NCBI GenBank assembly: GCA_011772205.1
Contig: WVZY01000076.1
Span: 114,567 to 178,566 of the forward strand
Source of the DNA: Candidatus Latescibacterota bacterium
GTDB taxonomy: Bacteria; Krumholzibacteriota; Krumholzibacteriia; WVZY01
DNA: 64,000 nucleotides
Direction of reading: 5' to 3'
Part shown: positions 29,988 through 38,924 of the stretch, one piece after another
Layout: the number at the start of each line of letters is the position of its first letter
How positions within the stretch are numbered: the first letter of the stretch is position 1
Notes under the pieces: generated by a model
Seen by the model: the letters and a program-made list of their open reading frames with translations, nothing else
Database searches by the model: none
Told to the model about the DNA's origin: nothing
Made by a program: the position numbers and the translations under genes

Positions 29988-30908
29988 ATGTGGATAAAAG
30001 AATTCATCCTGCCCGCGTGGCTCGCCCTTGTCGTTATCGCATGGGGTGTGCTTCCAGGGTGTAGGGAGGAATCGTCACCAGAGAAAGCCGGAAGCAAGGA
30101 AGGTGAAGAACATAAACATCAGCTACAGGTCACCAAGATTCCTCCTGCGGTCATGGACTCGTTGCTCTTGAAAAAGAAACGATTTCGAATTACGCGCGAT
30201 GAATACTGGGACAAGGAGGGCGGAGTCCTTGGGAGCGAATACCTCGAAGTCTGGTACCCTCCAGGCCAGCTCACCGTCACTCACGGGATGCATGCATTCG
30301 AGCAAATCGTTTTGGCGAGGAGGGTGTGTCAGGAGTTTTTCGGAAGAGTCCCTCATGAGAAGCTTCGTGTGGTGTGTTCCGCTGATATCGACACTTACAA
30401 GGAAAAAACCAAACGGGATTGGTGGTATTACGCAGAGATAGAGAGTGACCAAATCGTTTTCCAGCCGATATACGTACTTGCACAGAGAGGACTGGGAGAG
30501 GTCGCCATTGCGCATGAATATTGCCAATGGGCGGTCAGGAAACTCTCGGCCAACGGAGCCCCAAGGTGGTTGGAGGAGGGCCTTGCATCGCATCTCTCAG
30601 GAGAAGAGGAGTTGCTGCGAGCTCAAATGAAGGAGTTTTCGACTCGGGAACAGAAAGTCGAGTGGACAGCCGATGAAATAGAGAACGCCCTCAAGAGAGA
30701 GTCCCGGAGGGATCTCGCGCGGATCGCGTACTATCATGCCCACCAAATGACGAAAACGCTCATATTCCGGTACGGCGAGACAGCGCTGAAAATGACGGTG
30801 ATCCGTATGGGAGAGGGACTCAAGACAGATGCGGCGTTCGCGGCGGTGTTCAAGAAACCGTACGACGACGTCATCACAGAGGCAATGGATTACAAAATAG
30901 AAATCTAA
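29988..30908 (+). CDS. lipoprotein of unknown function (possible metallopeptidase-like fold)
   Basis: ATG with a GGAGGTG ribosome-binding site. Signal peptide with an LPGC lipobox. Contains an HEYxxW…RWLEEGLASHLSGEE segment. The longer ORF from 29892 overlaps ilvC. Confidence 0.55.
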   Translation: MWIKEFILPAWLALVVIAWGVLPGCREESSPEKAGSKEGEEHKHQLQVTKIPPAVMDSLLLKKKRFRITRDEYWDKEGGVLGSEYLEVWYPPGQLTVTHGMHAFEQIVLARRVCQEFFGRVPHEKLRVVCSADIDTYKEKTKRDWWYYAEIESDQIVFQPIYVLAQRGLGEVAIAHEYCQWAVRKLSANGAPRWLEEGLASHLSGEEELLRAQMKEFSTREQKVEWTADEIENALKRESRRDLARIAYYHAHQMTKTLIFRYGETALKMTVIRMGEGLKTDAAFAAVFKKPYDDVITEAMDYKIEI

Positions 30909-30910
30909 TC

Positions 30911-32458
30911 ATGATCGGTTCGCAAGTACGCGTTCGTTTTGCACCCAGCCCCACTGGTTATCTCCATATCGGGGGAGCCCGAACGGCTCTGTATAACTGG
31001 CTGTACGCTAGAAAAACGGGTGGTGTGTTTATCCTCCGAATCGAGGATACGGACGTAACTCGGTCGACAAAGGAGTCTTACGAGGCGATTCTGGATGCTC
31101 TCAATTGGCTTGGACTCGATTGGGATGAAGGTCCGGAAAAGGGGGGGCAGTACGGGCCGTACCTCCAATCTGCAAGACAGGTGCTTTACCACACCGAGGC
31201 GCAAAAGCTTCTCGAGAGCGGCGATGCGTATCGCTGTTTCTGTACCCAAAAAGAGCTCGAGGAGATGCGTGAAGAAGCGGCTGAAAAGGGAGAACCAACC
31301 CGGTACGACGGGCGATGCAGGAACCTGCCGACGGATGAAGCCCAACGCCGGCTGGCAATGAATGTCCCGCATGTCGTGCGGATTCGGATCCCCGAAGGTG
31401 AGACACATTTCCGGGATATTATCAGAGGTCAGGTCAGGTTTCAGAATACTGAACTGGATGATTTTGTTCTCATCAAGTCGGATGGGAGACCGACATACAA
31501 TTTTGCCGTGGTGGTAGATGATGCCCGGATGGCGATCACTCATGTGATTCGCGGTGATGATCATCTTTCCAACATGCCCAAGCAGGTAATCTTGTACAAG
31601 GCGTTGGGGTATTCCCTTCCAAAGTTCGCGCATCTTCCGATGATTCTTGGGAGCGACCGAAGCCGTCTTTCCAAGCGGCACGGAGCCAGCTCCGTGCAGG
31701 AGTTCCGACGCATGGGTTACATGAGCGACTCCCTGGTCAATTATCTGGCTTTGCTCGGCTGGTCGCTAGACGGTGTGACTGAATTTTTTACTAGAAAGAG
31801 CTTGATCGAAAAGTTTTCTCTCAAGCGCGTAAGCAAGAATCCCGCGGCCTTCGACATCGGCAAGCTGGACTTTATCAATGGAGAGCATTTCAAGCGGCTG
31901 GATTCAATGGAAAAGGTGTCGATTGTTTTCGAGAAGCTCGAAGAAGAAAAGCTGATACCCCCTGACTTCCGGGTGAAGGAATGGGGATCCGCCGATGCTG
32001 CAAGGAGTCCAGACGCAAAGAAAGAGAACAGAGAGGCTTACTTCAAAGAAGAGCGGCCACGGCTGGCGTTTATTTTGAAAGTGATGGGTCACCGGCTGAA
32101 GAACTTGAAAGATGTGCGATCGAAGCTCTGCTATTTCTATAAGGATGATTACCGCAAAGTCGAGGAAGCATATAAGGAACATCTTGCCAATCCGGAAATT
32201 GGCCCTCATCTCCTTCAGATGGCCGATATGATCGAGCACCTGGAACCGTTCGAACGATCGAAGATCGAAGGAGCAGTGAGGAATCTCGCCGATGATCTAG
32301 AAGTTTCAGCGGGAACTCTCATACACGCCTCCCGGGTGGCGCTGACGGGTGACAGCGTCTCGCCGGATATCTTTTCGGTAATGCATCTGTTGGGCAGAGC
32401 GAAATGCATCGAGCGCCTGCGTCAAGCCGCATCGCACGTGATCTCCAAGAAGTCATGA
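30911..32458 (+). CDS. gltX: glutamate--tRNA ligase
   Basis: Class I HIGH motif (PSPTGYLHIGGARTA) and KMSKS (LSKRHG). Confidence 0.93.
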   Translation: MIGSQVRVRFAPSPTGYLHIGGARTALYNWLYARKTGGVFILRIEDTDVTRSTKESYEAILDALNWLGLDWDEGPEKGGQYGPYLQSARQVLYHTEAQKLLESGDAYRCFCTQKELEEMREEAAEKGEPTRYDGRCRNLPTDEAQRRLAMNVPHVVRIRIPEGETHFRDIIRGQVRFQNTELDDFVLIKSDGRPTYNFAVVVDDARMAITHVIRGDDHLSNMPKQVILYKALGYSLPKFAHLPMILGSDRSRLSKRHGASSVQEFRRMGYMSDSLVNYLALLGWSLDGVTEFFTRKSLIEKFSLKRVSKNPAAFDIGKLDFINGEHFKRLDSMEKVSIVFEKLEEEKLIPPDFRVKEWGSADAARSPDAKKENREAYFKEERPRLAFILKVMGHRLKNLKDVRSKLCYFYKDDYRKVEEAYKEHLANPEIGPHLLQMADMIEHLEPFERSKIEGAVRNLADDLEVSAGTLIHASRVALTGDSVSPDIFSVMHLLGRAKCIERLRQAASHVISKKS

Positions 32459-32564
32459 TCAATAGCCCCGTCCTCTCGTGATTTTTGCCGACGCCGATGG
32501 TTCATCAGGTGGCATAGAAATCGCTTGATTTTATCCGATAATAGCTGCTAACTTGAGTATTCAC

Positions 32565-32638
32565 TGGCGAGTCGTCCAGCGGCAGGACAGCTGGCTCTGG
32601 ACCAGCCGACGGGGGTTCGAATCCTCCCTCGCCAACCA
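32565..32638 (+). tRNA. tRNA-Gln (CTG)
   Basis: Manual fold: U1-A72, anticodon loop CTCTGGA, T loop TTCGAAT, CCA encoded. Confidence 0.8.
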
Positions 32639-32643
32639 TCAAT

Positions 32644-32718
32644 GGCCCCTTCGTCTAGTGGTTAGGACGTATGGTTCTCAGCCATAAAACAGGGGTTCGA
32701 CTCCCCTAGGGGCTACCA
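32644..32718 (+). tRNA. tRNA-Glu (CTC)
   Basis: Manual fold: acceptor GGCCCCT/AGGGGCT, anticodon loop TTCTCAG, T loop TTCGACT, CCA encoded. Confidence 0.8.
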
Positions 32719-32748
32719 AAAGACCTGTTTGAGAGCAGGTCTTTTGCT
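32718..32748 (+). terminator. rho-independent terminator after the tRNA pair
   Basis: Hairpin AAAGACCUG-UUUGAGAG-CAGGUCUUUU followed by a U-rich tail. Confidence 0.6.
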
Positions 32749-32851
32749 TCTAATTAGCGAATACAGCTTCTGCAGAATCGAGCGTGCAAGAGCACATGGA
32801 AAGCTCCGGCTGCTGCAGCTCGTGTCACTTTCCCAATTGTCCCACTTGCGA

Positions 32852-33319
32852 TCAGAATTCTCCGCCCCAGAGGTAGCGCGTGAAGCGATAAACGGATCCT
32901 CCTATGAGGAGTATGCCGGCGAGGATCATGATCAGGATGCCGCCCGCAGGCGTCGAGGCAAACTTGACCGACACGGTTTTCGTAACGCTGAACTCACCGC
33001 TGTCACCGGCTGTTCGGGTGGCCGAGAGCGTCACGATGCCGGCGCTTTGGGGGATCCAGTCGACGCTGCCCGCATCATCCGTCATGCCGATTTCAGATTC
33101 AGTGGAGACGCGGCTTCCAGGCCTGTAGGTTGCCCTCACAACCGCCCCTATCACGGGTGTCCCATCTTCTGACACCACGAGTATCCGTGTCTTCTCTTGA
33201 TGAACCGGGTAGTCGCTTTGCAGGGAAATGGTAACCTGTGATGCGGCCGTGTGGATGTTCGTTCCATAGAGAACGGCTATCAAAATCGAAGGCAAAAGAA
33301 TCTTATTAGCTCGATTCAT
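32852..33319 (-). CDS. exported single-pass membrane protein with a beta-sandwich-like domain
   Basis: Signal peptide, a ~100-aa S/T/V-rich beta-like domain, and a C-terminal TM. Its start overlaps the stop of the upstream symporter gene by 14 nt. Confidence 0.5.
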   Translation of the reverse strand: MNRANKILLPSILIAVLYGTNIHTAASQVTISLQSDYPVHQEKTRILVVSEDGTPVIGAVVRATYRPGSRVSTESEIGMTDDAGSVDWIPQSAGIVTLSATRTAGDSGEFSVTKTVSVKFASTPAGGILIMILAGILLIGGSVYRFTRYLWGGEF

Positions 33320-34868
33320 ATTTACCCTTTCGGGTGAGCCTCAAGGATAGAAGCGTGCTCGATAAGAGCCAAAAGGCCAGGACGATGCCCGGAAAGTACC
33401 GCATGAAGCGATAAGGCTCGTTGTAGTTTTCAGAAAATGCCGTCCCGTAAAGTCCGTCTGTAATCTCGTTTTTGATCGAGTATCCCAGAACGAAAAGCAG
33501 GGCCAGCGGAATAATGTACTTGATCAGCGCGTCGAACCATATTCCCAAGCGCATTCGGGAATGGCTGTTCAGATGCGCCCTGATCGTATCCGCTCCCATA
33601 ATCCAGCCCACGAGAATACACTCGAACAGCCCAATTATGAGAAGCCCGTACGAGAAGGCCCAGTGATCTACGAAGTCCAGGATCGTAAAGCCAAGAGTCC
33701 CGTTATCCTGGAGGCCGGGATTCACGATCTGCGGGAGTGCAAACACCGCACTGCCTATGAATCCAAAACACCCCGCAACGGTGATTGTTTTCCAGCGTGA
33801 CCACCCGAATTTGTCGCGCATGGAAGATACGAGCGCTTCGACGAGGGAGACAGAAGATGTAAGCCCGGCGAGCAGAAGAAGGATGAAGAACATCGTTCCA
33901 AACGGTATCACCGCCTGGAGACCGCCGGGGAGCTGGCTGATCCCCTTGGGCAGTATGAAGAACATCATAGCAAGCGTGCTCGCCCTCGGAACCATGGCAA
34001 AGGCGAACAGGATCGAGAAGACGGCGAGGCCCGCTATGTACTCGAATCCGCAGTTGAGAAAAGAGGTGATAAAAGCGTTCTGCGTCAGGTCGCTCTTTTT
34101 CGGGAGGTAAGAAGCGTATGCGGTCATGATGCCGAAGCCGAGCGACAGTGTGAAGAAGATCTGGCTGAAAGCCCCCTGCCAAACGGCGGAATCCTTCATC
34201 ACTGAAAAGTCCGGCGTGAACAGAAGCATGACTCCTTCGAATCCATTAGTCAGCGTGACGCCGCGAATGATCAAGACGATCATGAAAATCCACATCAGGG
34301 GCACGAATATCCGTGTAGCCTGCTCGATTGTTTCAGGGCCCCTTCGGACGATGATTACGTTGAAAATCCAGACGAGAAGCACGAAAAGAACCGGTTGCCA
34401 CGTTGACAGCATGCGGAAGAAGTATGCGTAGGGATTGTCAAGCACACCCTCTTCCAGGCCGAAAGCGGGGACTGGAAGGGATTCCTTCCAGAGGTCTCCA
34501 AAAGCGCCTGTTAGCATTCCGAACACCCAGCCGAGTATTGTGATGTAGTACATCGTGATGAAGAAGGCGTTGAAAATCGCCCACCATCCTACGAATTCGC
34601 CTTTTTTGCCGGCGATACGATAGAGTGATTCGGGGAATGCACGTCCCGTAAAGTTGCCCAGCCCGAATTCGAGGATCATCACGGGGATGCCCATTGCAAA
34701 CAGGGCAATAAGGTAAGGAAGGTAGAAAGCACCGCCGCCGAATCGATAAGCATTTGCCGAGAAGAAAACAATATTGCCCAGGCCGATGGCGGATCCCGAA
34801 GCTGCAAGAATAAAGCCGAGCCGTGTTTTCCACTGGCCACGCGAGACGCCGTCCGGTGCCAAATACAT
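33306..34868 (-). CDS. sodium-dependent transporter, NSS (neurotransmitter:sodium symporter) family
   Basis: SNF-family N-terminus (RGQWKTRLGFILAASGSAIGLGNIVFFSANAYRFGGGAFYLPYL). Roughly 11–12 TMs. Confidence 0.85.
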   Translation of the reverse strand: MYLAPDGVSRGQWKTRLGFILAASGSAIGLGNIVFFSANAYRFGGGAFYLPYLIALFAMGIPVMILEFGLGNFTGRAFPESLYRIAGKKGEFVGWWAIFNAFFITMYYITILGWVFGMLTGAFGDLWKESLPVPAFGLEEGVLDNPYAYFFRMLSTWQPVLFVLLVWIFNVIIVRRGPETIEQATRIFVPLMWIFMIVLIIRGVTLTNGFEGVMLLFTPDFSVMKDSAVWQGAFSQIFFTLSLGFGIMTAYASYLPKKSDLTQNAFITSFLNCGFEYIAGLAVFSILFAFAMVPRASTLAMMFFILPKGISQLPGGLQAVIPFGTMFFILLLLAGLTSSVSLVEALVSSMRDKFGWSRWKTITVAGCFGFIGSAVFALPQIVNPGLQDNGTLGFTILDFVDHWAFSYGLLIIGLFECILVGWIMGADTIRAHLNSHSRMRLGIWFDALIKYIIPLALLFVLGYSIKNEITDGLYGTAFSENYNEPYRFMRYFPGIVLAFWLLSSTLLSLRLTRKGKYESS

Positions 34869-35137
34869 CCCTTTCTGATAAAGGAAGCGTGAAACGAAGG
34901 ATTGAATGAGCCACTATAATCATTGCAACGCTTTATTGTCAAGAAATTTAGCGTGATGCGGCTGGAAACGAAAAACGAGTTATTGCAATCGGACAACTCC
35001 TGGCCGCTGTTGGGGGCTTCTTATTCGGCTTGCAATTTCACTGGTCTTTGTTGATACTAAATTGTTGGGAGGGTTGATATAAAAACGGGAGGCGGTTCGG
35101 AAAGGGCAGCGTTTTACCAAGCCGAGGAAGGTTTGAG

Positions 35138-36145
35138 ATGCGCATCGTCGTATTTGGGGCGGGCGCTGTGGGGAGTACTCTCGGCGGACTCCTTGCCCTG
35201 AACAATCGGGATGTCCTTCTTGTCAGCAGAAAAAGCCATTCCGAGGCAATTCGGAGCCAGAAAGGTCTCCGGATAAAGTCCGGAACGGGCGATTATTTCG
35301 CCTCCTTGAAATCCACGGATAAGCTGAACGCGAAGCTGCTCGAGGGAGATTGCTGCATATTTTTTACTCCCAAGTCGAACGATACGAGAAAATGCGTAGA
35401 AAAGCTTTCGAAAGTCGCTCCAAAGGATATTCCCGTAATCAGCTTCCAAAACGGGATTGCCAACGAGGATATTATCGCCGAAAAATTCTCCAACGTTTAC
35501 GGCGGCGTCTGCAAAATGACATGCTCATTTCTTCAGCCGGGGCATGTTTCCTTCCGAAGGATCGGAAGGCTCATCATCGGTAAGCACCCGAAGGGCAGCG
35601 ATGCTTTCACCCGGCTTCTCCTGAATATGCTGAGTGAAGCGGGCTTTCGTGCTGCTGTTTCGAGAAGCATCGCATGCGACAAGTGGCTGAAGCTTGCAGC
35701 AAACCTGCAGAGTACGATTCACGCGATCATCGACAACCGTGATCACGATTCCCCTGAATTCACCGCTTTGAAACTGGGGCTGGTTGAGGAAGCAAAAAAG
35801 GTATTCAAGCTGCACAAGATCAAAGCGAAACCTTGTGACGCGCAGGAGATGTCCCTTGACGAGATGATCAGCGAGCTCAAAAAGCCAAAGGCACCGAGAG
35901 CTGGCCCTGCTGTGAGGGTGCACAACTCCACGTGGCAGAACCTCTATCTCAAAAGGAAACAAATCGAGAATGGCTTTTTTCACGGGCCTGTCATTTACCT
36001 CGCACGCGAAAGCGGGACGCCCGTGCCGTTCAACGAGGTTGCTTTGGAAATGGTGACCAAATCTCATACGGAGGAATTGGGACCCGAAGCATTTCGCGCG
36101 GCCGAGGTGCTTGAAATGGTGAAAAACCGCGTGGATAAAAAATGA
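35138..36145 (+). CDS. 2-dehydropantoate 2-reductase family protein (ApbA/PanE)
   Basis: Rossmann GAGAVG N-terminus and an ApbA-family C-terminal domain. GGAAGG ribosome-binding site. Confidence 0.7.
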   Translation: MRIVVFGAGAVGSTLGGLLALNNRDVLLVSRKSHSEAIRSQKGLRIKSGTGDYFASLKSTDKLNAKLLEGDCCIFFTPKSNDTRKCVEKLSKVAPKDIPVISFQNGIANEDIIAEKFSNVYGGVCKMTCSFLQPGHVSFRRIGRLIIGKHPKGSDAFTRLLLNMLSEAGFRAAVSRSIACDKWLKLAANLQSTIHAIIDNRDHDSPEFTALKLGLVEEAKKVFKLHKIKAKPCDAQEMSLDEMISELKKPKAPRAGPAVRVHNSTWQNLYLKRKQIENGFFHGPVIYLARESGTPVPFNEVALEMVTKSHTEELGPEAFRAAEVLEMVKNRVDKK

Positions 36146-37818
36146 AAGCGCTCTTTTATACGCTGCTGCTAAGTGCGCTTCTCGTAGGCGCAATTTTTAT
36201 TCTTCGGTCCATCGAGGAACGTGAAGGTCCTTCCCCCCGACGTTTGATCTCTCATCCAGTTGTCAGCAGCGAACCTGCTCCTATGGGGACGTTCGACCTA
36301 AAGGGCACGGAGGCTGTTGAAACCGGAGAAATCTATGCGACGGGCGCGATCCTCATGGATCTCTGGCACGTGAAGGAAGCGATGGAGACGTTCGAGGAGG
36401 CGGCGAGGAGGGATTCCAGTTATCTCGACGTTTACATAAGGCTCGTTGAGTGTTATTCGCATCCGCTCATATGCAGGGAAGACAAAGCAAAGTCCTCTTG
36501 GAGCTGTGCTCAGCGGATCGCAGCTATGGAAGGGCTGGAGGACACGCTGTTCGTTTCGGCTTTGGGAAGCCTGTATCTTGAAGCTGACTTCGAATCTGCT
36601 GCCGAAGGATTCGAAAGGTTTATCACAACTCCTGACAGGGAGGATGATTCGCGATATTTTCTCGCAACGGCTCTTTTCCACCTGGGTCGGTTGGATGAAG
36701 CGGAACGTCATCTGAGAAAGCTGCTGGAAAAGGACGAGAGCAGCGGCAAAGCCCGTGAGTTCCTCGTCCGGTGCGCTGCTGCCAGAGGGGACTTGGAGGA
36801 AGCGAGAGCGCGAGCAAAGGAACTCGCTGCGTTGTATTCAGAAGAACCTTTCCCTTACGTGCTGCTCTCCCAGACGGAGATGCTTGGCAGGGATTTCGAG
36901 GAAGCATTATCGTTTTGCAACAGTGCGCTTGCAATCGACCCGAAATATATCCCAGCGATATTATGCAAAGGAAATCTTTTTGCTATTCAAGGGAAGCGGG
37001 AAGCAGCGCGGGCCACTTTCGAAAAACTTCTTTTGTTCGATGATCCAATCCTAGTCTCGATCGGTTCCGAGTCCATCGCTTTCGTCGATTTTCTTTGGGG
37101 GCAATTCGATGACGGAGGCGACATGATGGATGACGCAATCCGCAGCGCCATGCTCGCCGGTTCGGTGAGGAGGGGGCTTTTCTATGCGTTGCGGCTCGTG
37201 GAATACTTCTGCCAGCTTGGGCGAGGTGACAAAGCAGAGGCCATCGTCGAACGGTGGTTCAGCGGTTTTGGGGCAATTCCGGCACGGCTGGGAACTCTGA
37301 GGCTCGATATCTGCAATGGGGATCTACTGAGCGCGAGACATCTCCTTGAGGAAATGACGGGGAAACTCGAGTGGCGCTCGTGGATGCGCTTGCTTGGCTT
37401 GGATTACGAAAAAGTCGTAGCTCTTGCCCACATAAAAAACCAGGAGTACGTGCGCGCACTCGAGCTACTAGATGGAGGTGGCGCGGTTGTTATGGTCGAT
37501 GAAGAGCGCTCATATCTCAGAGGGTATGCAGCGTTCGAAAGTGGAGAAGCAGAACTCGCCGCCGCCGCCTTCCGAGAGGTGCTGGCGTACCCTCGTGGCC
37601 TTGAGTTCCCCTACCACCATGATCCCGTCCTCCACGTTCAGGCACTTTTCTATCTGGCGGAAACCGAAATCGCCCGCGGTGATCAAAGGGAAGCTGCAAA
37701 GCATTACGCGGCGTTTCTCGAGCACTGGGGGGAGGCGGAGTGGGATATGCAGGCTGTGGATCGGGCTCGAGAAAAGTTGAACACGCTTTCGAATACGTTT
37801 GAGGGCGGCCAGCCTTGA
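36142..37818 (+). CDS. TPR-repeat protein, N-terminally membrane-anchored
   Basis: N-terminal TM, then multiple TPR-like helical repeats. ATGA overlap with the upstream gene. Confidence 0.65.
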   Translation: MKALFYTLLLSALLVGAIFILRSIEEREGPSPRRLISHPVVSSEPAPMGTFDLKGTEAVETGEIYATGAILMDLWHVKEAMETFEEAARRDSSYLDVYIRLVECYSHPLICREDKAKSSWSCAQRIAAMEGLEDTLFVSALGSLYLEADFESAAEGFERFITTPDREDDSRYFLATALFHLGRLDEAERHLRKLLEKDESSGKAREFLVRCAAARGDLEEARARAKELAALYSEEPFPYVLLSQTEMLGRDFEEALSFCNSALAIDPKYIPAILCKGNLFAIQGKREAARATFEKLLLFDDPILVSIGSESIAFVDFLWGQFDDGGDMMDDAIRSAMLAGSVRRGLFYALRLVEYFCQLGRGDKAEAIVERWFSGFGAIPARLGTLRLDICNGDLLSARHLLEEMTGKLEWRSWMRLLGLDYEKVVALAHIKNQEYVRALELLDGGGAVVMVDEERSYLRGYAAFESGEAELAAAAFREVLAYPRGLEFPYHHDPVLHVQALFYLAETEIARGDQREAAKHYAAFLEHWGEAEWDMQAVDRAREKLNTLSNTFEGGQP

Positions 37819-37978
37819 TACGTCGTTCTTCAACCAGCTTCACGTAAGAGCTTCTGACAAAGGATGAACTGTTTTCGGCCCGTTGCGCTGATCCAAGTAG
37901 GTGCGCTTCGTGGGGGTGATGAACCATTGTGCGGAGCCTTCTGTGATATCACCGATATAGAAAAACGGTGCATCGAGT

Positions 37979-38821
37979 CTAGTGAACCTTGAATCTCAAG
38001 ATGTAGGCGCATTCCTTTTCGAGGACCAACGTGGTAAGCTGCGGGCGAACCACACGGATCGATTGCTCCACCCTCACCTCACCTTCCAGCGGAAATCCAC
38101 TCTCGACCTCCAGCAACAGCGTTCCTCCCAAGTGAATGTCATTGTTGAGGATCATCGCGCTTTCGCCGTTTGGCAGCGTTATTCGGATCTCCTTGACGGT
38201 AGTGTCCGACGACAACACTGCGGTGGCCGCACCATTGGATATATGCACGACCCTGCCGGCAATGGGCATAGCGGGCCGGAATCCAAGGCCTTCGTAACTG
38301 GGCAAATCCTTGTTTTCGGTCCAGCGGAAGCCTTCCTCCAGAATGGGAACCGGTGCGCTTGTGAAGAACGTGCCAAGTGCAAAGGGCAAATCCAACCTGG
38401 TATATTCACCGCTTTTGCATTTTTCTTTTAAAGGGGTGATCTCGTAACGAGGGGGATTGGATAGAAATCGAATCTCGACGGCTGGACCAGTGAACAAACA
38501 TGCCAGCATCGTGTCGTAAGCCTGATAGTGCCCCCTGTCGACGACGTTCGGGCCTGACTGTGATGAGTAGTACATGGTGTCGCGGGACATAAACGTTTCG
38601 AAGCGGAGCGGGGAGAAGCTCCGAAACAGCAGCGAATCGTTAAAGGCCAGCGAGGGATTCGTATCCCTAACGCTAACCGCGTACAGATGACCATACAAGA
38701 TGAGTTTCGATTCGAGCTCGATCTTCATGGGCTCGGCGTTCACCGCGGAAGCCCGGTCTTCGAGCCGGTGCTCAAGAACCTCCAGGGAAAACGATCGTCC
38801 CCTGACATCCTCCGCGCTCAC
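37979..38821 (-). CDS. hypothetical protein
   Basis: 280-aa ORF with the same composition as the host. No motif recognised. Confidence 0.45.
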   Translation of the reverse strand: MSAEDVRGRSFSLEVLEHRLEDRASAVNAEPMKIELESKLILYGHLYAVSVRDTNPSLAFNDSLLFRSFSPLRFETFMSRDTMYYSSQSGPNVVDRGHYQAYDTMLACLFTGPAVEIRFLSNPPRYEITPLKEKCKSGEYTRLDLPFALGTFFTSAPVPILEEGFRWTENKDLPSYEGLGFRPAMPIAGRVVHISNGAATAVLSSDTTVKEIRITLPNGESAMILNNDIHLGGTLLLEVESGFPLEGEVRVEQSIRVVRPQLTTLVLEKECAYILRFKVH

Positions 38822-38924
38822 CAGATCTCAGGAATCAGCGGTGAGCACGCACATAATCAGACTTGGAGAAAGAAAACGGCGAAGAATCCGGAAGAAGATC
38901 GCCTCTCCAACACCTGTGTTTTTA

